Shown here: piece by piece, positions 30,001 through 43,689 of the stretch
How the letters are laid out: each line of letters begins with the position of its first letter
How positions within the stretch are numbered: the first letter of the stretch is position 1
From: Eledone cirrhosa
Taxonomy: Eukaryota
Assembly (NCBI GenBank): GCA_964016885.1
Contig: OZ024741.1
Location: 32,054,001-32,118,000, forward strand
Length of the DNA stretch: 64,000 nt
Direction: 5' to 3'
Notes under the pieces: model-generated
Databases searched by the model: none
Seen by the model: only the letters and a program-made list of their open reading frames with translations
What the model was told of the DNA's origin: nothing
Program-made: the position numbers and the translations under genes

Positions 30001-33000
30001 GTATCGTCAAGATACCTCACTCTGACACCAACACCAGTATCGTCAAGATACCTCACTCTGACACCAACACCAGTATCGTCAAGATACCTCACCCTGACAC
30101 CAACACCAGTATCGTCAAGATACCTCACTCTGACACCAACACCAGCATCGTCAAGATACCTCACTCTGACAACATCACCAGTATCGTCAATATACCTCAC
30201 TCTGACACCAACACCAGTATCGTCAATATACCTCACTCTGACACCAACACCAGTATCGTCAAGATACCTCACTCTGACAACATCACCAGTATCGTCAAGA
30301 TACCTCACTCTGACAACATCACCAGTATCGTCAAGATACCTCACTCTGACACCAACACCAGTATCGTCAAGATACCTCACTCTGACAACATCACCAGTAT
30401 CGTCAAGATACCTCACCCTGACACCAACACCAGTATCGTCAAGATACCTCACTCTGACACCAACACCAGTATCGTCAAGATACCTCACCCTGACAACAAC
30501 ACCAGTATCGTCAGGACACCTCACTCTGACACCAACACCAGTATCGTCAAGATACCTCACTCTGACAACATCACCAGTATCGTCAAGATACCTCACTCTG
30601 ACAACATCACCAGTATCGTCAAGATACCTCACTCTGACACCAACACCAGTATCGTCAAGATACCTCACTCTGACAACATCACCAGTATCGTCAAGATATC
30701 TCACTCTGACACCAACACCAGTATCGTCAAGATACCTCACTCTGACACCAACACCAGTATCGTCAAGATACCTCACTCTGACAACATCACCAGTATCGTC
30801 AAGATACCTCACTCTGACACCAACCCCAGTATCGTCAAGATACCTCACTCTGACACCAACCCCAGTATCGTTAAGATACCTCACCCTGACACCAACACCA
30901 GTATCGTCAAGATACCTCACTCTGACACCAACACCATTATCGTCAAGATACCTCACTCTGACACCAAAACTAGTATCGTCAAGATACCTCACTCTGACAC
31001 CAACACCAATATCGTCAAGATACCTCACTCTGACACCAACCCCAGTATCGTCAAGATACCTCACTCTGACACCAACCCCAGTATCGTCAAGATACCTCAC
31101 TCTGACACCAACCCCAGTATCGTCAAGATACCTCACTCTGACACCAACACCAGTATCGTCAAGATACCTCACTCTGACACCAACCCCAGTATCGTCAAGA
31201 TACCTCACCCTGACACCAACACCAGTATCGTCAAGATACCTCACTCTGACACCAACACCAGTATCGTCAAGATACCTCACTCTGACACCAACACCAGTAT
31301 CGTCAAGATACCTCACCCTGACACCAACACCAGTATCGTCAAGATACCTCACTCTGACACCAACACCAGTATCGTTATGATACCTCACTCTGACACCAAC
31401 ACCAGTATCGTCAAGATACCTCACTCTGACACCAACACCAGTATCGTCAAGATACCTCACCCTGACACCAACACCAGTATCGTCAAGATACCTCACCCTG
31501 ACACCAACACCAGTATCGTCAAGATACCTCACTCTCACACCAACACCAGTATCGTCAAGATACCTCACTCTGACACCAACACCAGTATCGTCAAGATACC
31601 TCACCCTGACACCAACACCAGTATCGTCAAGATACCTCACCCTGACACCAACACCAGTATCGTCAAGATACCTCACTCTGACAACATCACCAGTATCGTG
31701 AAGATACCTCACTCTGACAACATCACCAGTATCGTCAAGATATCTCACTCTGACACCAACACCAGTATCTTCAACATACCTCACTCTGACACCAACACCA
31801 GTATCGTCAAGATACCTCACTCTGACACCAACACCAGTATCGTCAAGATACCTCACCCTGACACCAACACCAGTATCGTCAAGATACCTCACTCTGACAC
31901 CAACACCAGTATCGTCAGGATACCTCACTCTGACACCAACACCAGTATCGTCAAGATACCTCACTCTGACAACATCACCAGTATCGTCAAGATATCTCAC
32001 TCTGACACCAACACCAGTATCGTCAAGATACCTCACCCTGACACCAACACCAGTATCGTCAAGATACCTCACTCTGACACCAACACCAGTATCTTCAACA
32101 TACCTTACTCTGACACCACCACCAGTATCGTCAAGATACCTCACTCTGACACCAACACCAGTATCGTCAAGATACCTCACCCTGACAACATCACCAGTAT
32201 CGTCAAGATACCTCACTCTGACACCAACCCCAGTATCGTCAAGATACCTCACTCTGACACCAACACCAGTATCGTCAAGATACCTCACTCTGACACCAAC
32301 ACCAGTATCGTCAAGATACCTCACCCTGACAACAACACCAGTATCGTCAGGACACCTCACTCTGACACCAACACCAGTATCGTCAAGATACCTCACTCTG
32401 ACAACATCACCAGTATCGTCAAGATACCTCACTCTGACAACATCACCAGTATCGTCAAGATACCTAACTCTGACACCAACACCAGTATCGTCAGGACACC
32501 TCACTCTGACACCAACACCAGTATCGTCAAGACACATCACTCTGACACCAACACCAGTATCGTCAAGATACCTCACCCTGACACCAACACCAGTATCGTC
32601 AAGATACCTCACTCTGACACTAACACCAGTATCGTCAAGATACCTCACTCTGACACCAACACCAGTATCGTCAAGATACCTCACCCTGACACCAATACCA
32701 GTATCGTCAAGATACCTCACTCTGACACCAACACCAGTATCGTCAAGATACCTCACTCTGACAACATCACCAGTATCGTCAAGATATCTCACTCTGACAC
32801 CAACACCAGTATCGTCAAGATACCTCACTCTGACAACATCACCAGTATCGTCAAGATACCTCACTCTGACACCAACCCCAGTATCGTCAAGATACCTCAC
32901 TCTGACACCAACCCCAGTATCGTTAAGATACCTCACCCTGACACCAACACCAGTATCGTCAAGATACCTCACTCTGACACCAACACCATTATCGTCAAGA

Positions 33001-36000
33001 TACCTCACTCTGACACCAAAACTAGTATCGTCAAGATACCTCACTCTGACACCAACACCAATATCGTCAAGATACCTCACTCTGACACCAACCCCAGTAT
33101 CGTCAAGATACCTCACTCTGACACCAACCCCAGTATCGTCAAGATACCTCACTCTGACACCACCCCAGTATCGTCAAGATACCTCACTCTGACACCAACA
33201 CCAGTATCGTCAAGATACCTCACTCTGACACCAACCCCAGTATCGTCAAGATACCTCACCCTGACACCAACACCAGTATCGTCAAGATACCTCACTCTGA
33301 CACCAACACCAGTATCGTCAAGATACCTCACTCTGACACCAACACCAGTATCGTCAAGATACCTCACCCTGACACCAACACCAGTATCGTCAAGATACCT
33401 CACTCTGACACCAACACCAGTATCGTTATGATACCTCACTCTGACACCAACACCAGTATCGTCAAGATACCTCACTCTGACACCAACACCAGTATCGTCA
33501 AGATACCTCACCCTGACACCAACACCAGTATCGTCAAGATACCTCACCCTGACACCAACACCAGTATCGTCAAGATACCTCACTCTCACACCAACACCAG
33601 TATCGTCAAGATACCTCACTCTGACACCAACACCAGTATCGTCAAGATACCTCACCCTGACACCAACACCAGTATCGTCAAGATACCTCACCCTGACACC
33701 AACACCAGTATCGTCAAGATACCTCACTCTGACAACATCACCAGTATCGTGAAGATACCTCACTCTGACAACATCACCAGTATCGTCAAGATATCTCACT
33801 CTGACACCAACACCAGTATCTTCAACATACCTCACTCTGACACCAACACCAGTATCGTCAAGATACCTCACTCTGACACCAACACCAGTATCGTCAAGAT
33901 ACCTCACCCTGACACCAACACCAGTATCGTCAAGATACCTCACTCTGACACCAACACCAGTATCGTCAGGATACCTCACTCTGACACCAACACCAGTATC
34001 GTCAAGATACCTCACTCTGACAACATCACCAGTATCGTCAAGATATCTCACTCTGACACCAACACCAGTATCGTCAAGATACCTCACCCTGACACCAACA
34101 CCAGTATCGTCAAGATACCTCACTCTGACACCAACACCAGTATCTTCAACATACCTTACTCTGACACCACCACCAGTATCGTCAAGATACCTCACTCTGA
34201 CACCAACACCAGTATCGTCAAGATACCTCACCCTGACAACATCACCAGTATCGTCAAGATACCTCACTCTGACACCAACCCCAGTATCGTCAAGATACCT
34301 CACTCTGACACCAACACCAGTATCGTCAAGATACCTTACTCTGACACCAACACCAGTATCGTCAAGATACCTCACTCTGACACCAACACCAGTATCGTCA
34401 AGATACCTCACCCTGACACCAACACCAGTATCGTCAAGATACCTCACCCTGACACCAACACCAGTATCGTCAAGATACCTCACCCTGACACCATCACCAG
34501 TATCGTCAGGATACCTCACCCTGACACCAACATCAGTATCGTCAAGATACCTCACTCTGACACCAACACCAGTATCGTCAAGATACCTCACTCTCACAAC
34601 ATCACCAATATCGTCAAGATACCTCACTATGACACCAACACCAGTATCGTCAAGATACCTCACTCTGACACCAACACCAGTATCGTCAAGATATCTCACC
34701 ATGACAACATCACCAGTATCGTCAAGATACCTCACTCTGACACCAACACCAGTATCGTCAAGATAGCTCACCCTGACACCAGCACCAGTATCGTCAAGAT
34801 ACCTCACTCTGACACCAACACCAGTATCGTCAAGATACCTCACTCTGACACCAACACCAATATCGTCAAGATATCTCACCATGACACCAACACCAGTATC
34901 GTCAAGATACCTCACTCTGACAACATCACCAATATCGTCAAGATACTTCACTCTGACACCAACACCAGTATCGTCAAGATACCTCACTCTGACACCAACA
35001 CCAGTATCGTCAAGATACCTCACTCTGACACCAACCCCAGTATCGTTAAGATACCTCAGACTGACAACATCACCAGTATCGTCAAGATACCTCACTCTGA
35101 CAACATCACCAGTATCGTCAAGATACCTCACTCTGACACCAACACCAGTATCGTCAAGATACCTCACTCTGACACCAACACCAGTATCGTCAAGATACCT
35201 CACTCTGACAACATCACCAGTATCGTCAAGATACCTCACTCTGACACCAACACCAGTATCGTCAAGATACCTCACTCTGACAACATCACCAATATCGTCA
35301 AGATACCTCACTCTGACACCAACACCAGTATCGTCAAGATACCTCACTCTGACAACATCACCAATATCGTCAAGATACCTCACTCTGACACCAACACCAG
35401 TATCGTCAAGATACCTCACTCTGACACCAACACCAGTATCGTCAAGATAGCTCACCCTGACACCAGCACCAGTATCGTCAAGATACCTAACTCTGACACC
35501 AACACCAGTATCGTCAAGATAACTCACTCTGACACCAACACCAGTATCGTCAATATATCTCACCATGACAACATCACCAGTATCGTCAAGATACCTCACT
35601 CTGACACCAACACCAGTATCGTCAAGATACCTCACTCTGACACCAACACCAGTATCGTCAAGATACCTCACTCTGACACCAACACCAGTATCGTCAAGAT
35701 ACCTCACCCTGACACCAACACCAGTATCGTCAAGATACCTCACTCTGACAACATCACCAGTATCGTCAAGATACCTCACTCTGACACCAACACCAGTATC
35801 GTCAAGATACCTCACTCTGACAACAACACCAGTATCGTCAGGATAACTCACTCTGACAACATCACCAATATCGTCAAGATACCTCACTCTGACACCAACA
35901 CCAGTATCATCAAGATACCTCACTGTGACAACATCACCAGTATCGTCAAGATACCTCACTCTGATACCAACACCAGTATCGTCAAGATACCTCACTCTGA

Positions 36001-39000
36001 CACCAACACCAGTATCGTCAAGATACCTCACTCTGACACCAACACCAGTATCGTCAAGATACCTCACTCTGACACCAACACCAGTATCGTCAAGATACCT
36101 CACTCTGATACCAACACCAGTATCGTCAAGATACCTCACCCTGACACCAACACCAGTATCGTCAAGATACCTCACCCTGACACCATCACCAGTATCGTCA
36201 AGATACCTCACTCTGACACCAACACCAGTATCGTCAAGATACCTCACTCTGACACCAACACCAGTATCGTCAAGATACCTCACTCTGACAACATCACCAG
36301 TATCGTCAAGATACCTCACTCTGACACCAACACCAGTATCGTCAAGATACCTCACTCTGACAACATCACCAGTATCGTCAAGATACCTCACTCTGACACC
36401 AACACCAGTATCGTCAAGTTACCTCACCCTGACACCATCACCAGTATCTTCAACATACCTCACTCTGACACCAACACCAGTATCGTCAAGATACCTCACT
36501 CTGACACCAACACCAGTATCGTCAAGATACCTCACTCTGACACCAACACCAGTATCTTCAACATACCTCACTCTGACACCATCACCAGTATCGTCAAGAT
36601 ACCTCACTCTGACACCAACACCAGTATCGTCAATATACCTCACCCTGACACCAACACCAGTATCGTCAAGATACCTCACTCTGACACCAACACCAGTATC
36701 GTCAAGATACCTCACTCTGACACCAACACCAGTATCGTCAAGATACCTAACTCTGACACCAACACCAGTATCGTCAAGATACCTCATTCTGACACCAACA
36801 CCAGTATCGTCAAGATACCTCACTCTGACACCAACACCAGTATCGTCAAGATACCTCACTCTGACACCAACACCAGTATCGTCAAGATACCTCACTCTGA
36901 CACCAACACCAGTATCGTCAAGATACCTCACCCTGACACCAACACCAGTATCGTCAAGATACCTCACTTTGACACCAACACCAGTATCGTTAAGATACCT
37001 CACTCTGACACCAACACCAGTATCGTCAAGATACCTAACTCTGACACCAACACCAGTATCGTCAAGATACCTCATTCTGACACCAACACCAGTATCGTCA
37101 AGATACCTCACTCTGACACCAACACCAGTATCGTCAAGATACCTCACTCTGACACCAACACCAGTATCGTCAAGATACCTCACCCTGACACCAACCCCAG
37201 TATCGTCAAGATACCTCACTCTGACACCAACACCACTATCGTCAAGATACCTCACCCTGACACCATCACCAGTATTTTCAACATACCTCACTCTGACACC
37301 AACACCAGTATCGTCAAGATACCTCACCCTGACACCATCACCAGTATTTTCAACATACCTCACTCTGACACCAACACCAGTATCGTCAAGATACCTCACC
37401 CTGACACCATCACCAGTATTTTCAACATACCTCACTCTGACACCAACACCAGTATCGTCAAGATACCTCACCCTGAGACCATCACCAGTATCGTCAAGAT
37501 ACCTCACTCTGACACCAACACCAGTATCGTCAAGATACCTCACCCTGACACCAACACCAGTTACGTCAAGATACCTCACCCTGACACCAACACCAGTATC
37601 GTCAAGATACCTCACCCTGACACCAACCCCAGTATCGTCAAGATACCTCACTCTGACACCAACACCAGTATCGTCAAGATACCTCACTCTGACAACATCA
37701 CCAGTATCGTCAAGATACCTCACTCTGACACCAACACCAGTATCGTCAAGATACCTCACTCTGACAACATCACCAGTATCGTCAAGATACCTCACTCTGA
37801 CACCAACACCAGTATCGTCAAGTTACCTCACCCTGACACCATCACCAGTATCTTCAACATACCTCACTCTGACACCAACACCAGTATCGTCAAGTTACCT
37901 CACTCTGACACCAACACCAGTATCGTCAAGATACCTCACTCTGACACCAACACCAGTATCTTCAACATACCTCACTCTGACACCAACACCAGTATCGTCA
38001 AGATACCTCACCCTGACACCAACACCAGTATCGTCAAGATAACTCACTCTGACAACATCACCAGTATCGTCAAGATACCTCACTCTGACACCAACACCAG
38101 TATCGTCAATATACCTCACTCTGACACCAACACCAGTATCGTCAAGATACCTCACTCTGACACCAACACCAGTATCGTCAAGATACCTAACTCCGACACC
38201 AACACCAGTATCGTCAAGATACCTCATTCTGACACCAACACCAGTATCGTCAAGATACCTCACTCTGACACCATCACCAGTATCGTCAAGATACCTCACT
38301 CTGACACCAACACCAGTATCGTCAAGATACCTCACTCTGACACCAACACCAGTATCGTCAAGATACCTCACCCTGACACCAACACCAGTATCGTCAAGAT
38401 ACCTCACTTTGACACCAACACCAGTATCGTTAAGATACCTCACTCTGACACCAACACCAGTATCGTCAAGATACCTCACCCTGACACCATCACCAGTATT
38501 TTCAACATACCTCACTCTGACACCAACACCAGTATCGTCAAGATACCTCACCCTGACACCATCACCAGTATTTTCAACATACCTCACTCTGACACCAACA
38601 CCAGTATCGTCAAGATACCTCACCCTGAGACCATCACCAGTATCGTCAAGATACCTCACTCTGACACCAACACCAGTATCGTCAAGATACCTCACCCTGA
38701 CACCAACACCAGTTACGTCAAGATACCTCACCCTGACACCAACACCAGTATCGTCAAGATACCTCACCCTGACACCAACCCCAGTATCGTCAAGATACCT
38801 CACTCTGACACCAACACCAGTATCGTCAAGATACCTCACTCTGACAACATCACCAGTATCGTCAAGATACCTCACTCTGACACCAACACCAGTATCGTCA
38901 AGATACCTCACTCTGACAACATCACCAGTATCGTCAAGATACCTCACTCTGACACCAACACCAGTATCGTCAAGTTCCCTCACCCTGACACCATCACCAG

Positions 39001-42000
39001 TATCTTCAACATACCTCACTCTGACACCAACACCAGTATCGTCAAGATACCTCACTCTGACACCAACACCAGTATCGTCAAGATACCTCACTCTGACACC
39101 AACACCAGTATCTTCAACATACCTCACTCTGACACCAACACCAGTATCGTCAAGATACCTCACCCTGGCACCAACACCAGTATCGTCAAGATACCTCACT
39201 CTGACAACATCACCAGTATCGTCAAGATACCTCACTCTGACACCAACACCAGTATCGTCAATATACCTCACTCTGACACCAACACCAGTATCGTCAAGAT
39301 ACCTCACTCTGACACCAACACCAGTATCGTCAAGATACCTAACTCCGACACCAACACCAGTATCGTCAAGATACCTCATTCTGACACCAACACCAGTATC
39401 GTCAAGATACCTCACTCTGACACCATCACCAGTATCGTCAAGATACCTCACTCTGACACCAACACCAGTATCGTCAAGATACCTCACTCTGACACCAACA
39501 CCAGTATCGTCAAGATACCTCACCCTGACACCAACACCAGTATCGTCAAGATACCTCACTTTGACACCAACACCAGTATCGTTAAGATACCTCACTCTGA
39601 CACCAACACCAGTATCGTCAAGATACCTCATTCTGACACCAACACCAGTATCGTCAAGATACCTCACTCTGACACCAACACCAGTATCGTCAAGATACCT
39701 CACTCTGACACCAACACCATTATCGTCAAGATACCTCACTCTGACACCAACACCAGTATCGTCAAGATACCTCACTCTGACACCAACACCAGTATCGTCA
39801 AGATACCTCACCCTGACACCAACCCCGGTATCGTCAAGATACCTCACTCTGACACCAACACCACTATCGTCAAGATACCTCACCCTGACACCATCACCAG
39901 TATTTTCAACATACCTCACTCTGACACCAACACCAGTATCGTCAAGATACCTCACCCTGACACCATCACCAGTATTTTCAACATACCTCACTCTGACACC
40001 AACACCAGTATCGTCAAGATACCTCACCCTGACACCATCACCAGTATTTTCAACATACCTCACTCTGACACCAACACCAGTATCGTCAAGATACCTCACC
40101 CTGAGACCATCACCAGTATCGTCAAGATACCTCACTCTGACACCAACACCAGTATCGTCAAGATACCTCACCCTGACACCAACACCAGTTACGTCAAGAT
40201 ACCTCACCCTGACACCAACACCAGTATCGTCAAGATACCTCACCCTGACACCAACCCCAGTATCGTCAAGATACCTCACTCTGACACCAACACCAGTATC
40301 GTCAAGATACCTCACTCTGACAACATCACCAGTATCGTCAAGATACCTCACTCTGACACCAACACCAGTATCGTCAAGATACCTCACTCTGACAACATCA
40401 CCAGTATCGTCAAGATACCTCACTCTGACACCAACACCAGTATCGTCAAGTTACCTCACCCTGACACCATCACCAGTATCTTCAACATACCTCACTCTGA
40501 CACCAACACCAGTATCGTCAAGATACCTCACTCTGACACCAACACCAGTATCGTCAAGATACCTCACTCTGACACCAACACCAGTATCTTCAACATACCT
40601 CACTCTGACACCAACACCAGTATCGTCAAGATACCTCACCCTGACACCAACACCAGTATCGTCAAGATACCTCACTCTGACACCAACACCAGTATCGTCA
40701 ATATACCTCACTCTGACACCAACACCAGTATCGTCAAGATACCTCACTCTGACACCAACACCAGTATCGTCAAGATACCTAACTCCGACACCAACACCAG
40801 TATCGTCAAGATACCTCATTCTGACACCGACACCAGTATCGTCAAGATACCTCACTCTGACACCATCACCAGTATCGTCAAGATACCTCACTCTGACACC
40901 AACACCAGTATCGTCAAGATACCTCACTCTGACACCAACACCAGTATCGTCAAGATACCTCACCCTGACACCAACACCAGTATCGTCAAGATACCTCACT
41001 TTGACACCAACACCAGTATCGTTAAGATACCTCACTCTGACACCAACACCAGTATCGTCAAGATACCTCATTCTGACACCAACACCAGTATCGTCAAGAT
41101 ACCTCACTCTGACACCAACACCATTATCGTCCAGATACCTCACTCTGACACCAACACCAGTATCGTCAAGATACCTCACTCTGACACCAACACCAGTATC
41201 GTCAAGATACCTCACCCTGACACCAACCCCGGTATCGTCAAGATACCTCACTCTGACACCAACACCACTATCGTCAAGATACCTCACCCTGACACCATCA
41301 CCAGTATTTTCAACATACCTCACTCTGACACCAACACCAGTATCGTCAAGATACCTCACCCTGACACCATCAACAGTATTTTCAACATACCTCACTCTGA
41401 CACCAACACCAGTATCGTCAAGATACCTCACCCTGACACCATCACCAGTATTTTCAACATACCTCACTCTGACACCAACACCAGTATCGTCAAGATACCT
41501 CACCCTGAGACCATCACCAGTATCGTCAAGATACCTCACTCTGACACCAACACCAGTATCGTCAAGATACCTCACCCTGACACCAACACCAGTTACGTCA
41601 AGATACCTCACCCTGACACCAACACCAGTATCGTCAAGATACCTCACCCTGACACCAACCCCAGTATCGTCAAGATACCTCACTCTGACACCAACACCAG
41701 TATCGTCAAGACACCTCACTCTGACACCAACACCAGTATCGTCAAGATACCTCACCCTGACACCATCACCAGTATTTTCAACATACCTCACTCTGACACC
41801 AACACCAGTATCGTCAAGATACCTCACTCTGACACCATCACCAGTATCGTCAAGATACCTCACCCTGACACCAACACCAGTATCGTCAAGATATCTCACT
41901 CTGACACCAACACCAGTATCGTCAAGATACCTCACTCTGACACCAACACCAGTATCGTCAAGATACCTCACCCTGACACCAACACCAGTATCGTCAAGAT

Positions 42001-43320
42001 ACCTCACTCTGACACCAACACCAGTATCGTCAAGATACCTCACTCTGACACCAACACCAGTATCGTCAAGATACCTCACCCTGACACCAACACCAGTATC
42101 GTCAAGATACCTCACCCTGACACCATTACCAGTTACGTCAAGATACCTCACCCTGACACCAACACCAGTATCGTCAAGATACCTCACTCTGACACCAACA
42201 CCAGTATCGTCAAGATACCTCACCCTGACACCAACACCAGTATCGTCAAGATACCTCACCCTGACACCAACACCAGTATCGTCAAGATACCTCACTCTGA
42301 CACCAACACCAGTATCGTTAAGATACCTCACCCTGACACCAACACCAGTATCGTCAAGATACCTCACTCTGACACCAACACCAGTATCGTCAAGATACCT
42401 CACTCTGACACCAACACCAGTTACGTCAAGATACCTCACCCTGACACCATCACCAGTATCGTCAAGATCCCTCACCCTGACACCAACACCAGTATCGTCA
42501 AGATACCTCACCCTGACACCATCACCAGTTACGTCAAGATACCTCACTCTGACACCAACACCAGTATCGTCACGATACCTCACTCTGACACCAACACCAG
42601 TATCGTCAAGATACCTCACTCTGACACCATCACCAGTATCGTCAAGATACCTCACCCTGACACCAACACCAGTATCTTCAACATACCTCACTCCGACACC
42701 AACACCAGTATCGTCAAGATACCTCACCCTGACAACATCACCAATATCGTCAAGATACCTCACTCTGACACCATCACCAGTATCGTCAAGATACCTCACT
42801 CTGACACCATCACCAGTATCTTCAACATACCTCACTCTGACACCAACACCAGTATCGTCAAGATACCTCACTCTGACACCATCACCAGTATCGTCAAGAT
42901 ACCTCACTCTGACACCAACACCAGTATCGTCAAGATACCTCACTCTCACACCATCACCAATATCGTCAAGATACCTCACTCTGACACCAACACCAGTATC
43001 GTCAAGATACCTCACCCTGACACCAACACCAGTATCTTCAACATACCTCACTCTGACACCAACACCAGTATCGTCAAGATACCTCACTCTGACACCAACA
43101 CCAGTATCGTCAAGATACCTCACTCTGACACCAACACCAGTATCGTCAAGATACCTCACTCTGACACCAACACCAGTATCGTCAAGATACCTCACTCTGA
43201 CACCAACACCAGTATCGTCAAGATACCTCACTCTGACACCAACACCAGTATCGTCAAGATACCTCACTCTGACACCAACACCAGTATCGTCAAGATACCT
43301 CACTCTGACACCAACACCAG
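1..43320. repeat. 36-bp tandem satellite/minisatellite array, about 1200 units, running off the left edge of the window
   Basis: Consensus GTCAAGATACCTCACTCTGACACCAACACCAGTATC repeats continuously with substitution variants (tct/cct, accaac/aacatc, aacccc, ttcaac). I saw only two non-unit-length indels (~6130, ~33161). The array ends abruptly at ...ccaacaccag|cactatggct. Confidence 0.98.
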
Positions 43321-43375
43321 CACTATGGCTAACAACAAAGCCAGCACCATTCACAAAAACCAAGACGGTTTATGA
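2..43375 (+). other. Possible giant repeat-coding frame (SIVKIPHSDTNT)n; coding status unproven
   Basis: ORF track 197-6157, 7506-33431 and 33428-43375 show the same peptide frame, broken by a +1 (~6130) and a -1 (~33161) indel and ending in the unique tail STMANNKASTIHKNQDGL*. Openness is largely expected from the unit sequence, and no start or splice context is visible. Confidence 0.2.
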
Positions 43376-43530
43376 TTTACTCTATAATAATCGTTCGACC
43401 GTTGTAAATTATATTGATCGTCGACGACGGCGACGTCATCATCATAATCGGCATCATAATCGTGAACATCTTTCTTCACCATTACCAACTCTATCATCAT
43501 CATAATCATCGTCCTTATCATTATCTTGAG
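43321..43530. repeat. Degenerate trinucleotide low-complexity tract (AAC/ACC, CGA/CGT, CAT/AAT)
   Basis: gtcgacgacggcgacgtcatcatcataatcggcatcataatc and tcatcatcataatcatcgtc directly flank the array. Confidence 0.7.
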
Positions 43531-43689
43531 CAATCTTCGTTTATCTCTGAACTTGCAGTCCGATTGAAGAAAGGGCCAATTTTGGCTTGGGACAAACTTT
43601 ACACACTCAGAAACAAACCCATTCAAAAGTAAGCGAGACGAAGGAAATGGCGGAAAAGACGGGGCACATGCTAGGTGTTGTCGAGGATT

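Noticed and set aside
1-43320. CRISPR array (36-bp repeat with dyad symmetry)
   Set aside because: Units are directly adjacent with no unique spacers, there are no cas genes, and the context is eukaryotic retroelements.
1-43320. Telomerase-synthesised long-unit telomere
   Set aside because: Many stable variants copied in kilobase blocks indicate recombinational amplification, not templating from one RNA.
6102-43363. Minus-strand (RVRYLDDTGVGV)n and plus-strand (TLTPTPVSSRYL)n ORFs as genes
   Set aside because: They are by-products of a 3n repeat lacking stops in those frames, and both are repeatedly interrupted by propagated stop variants (e.g. 15585, 24729, 27681).
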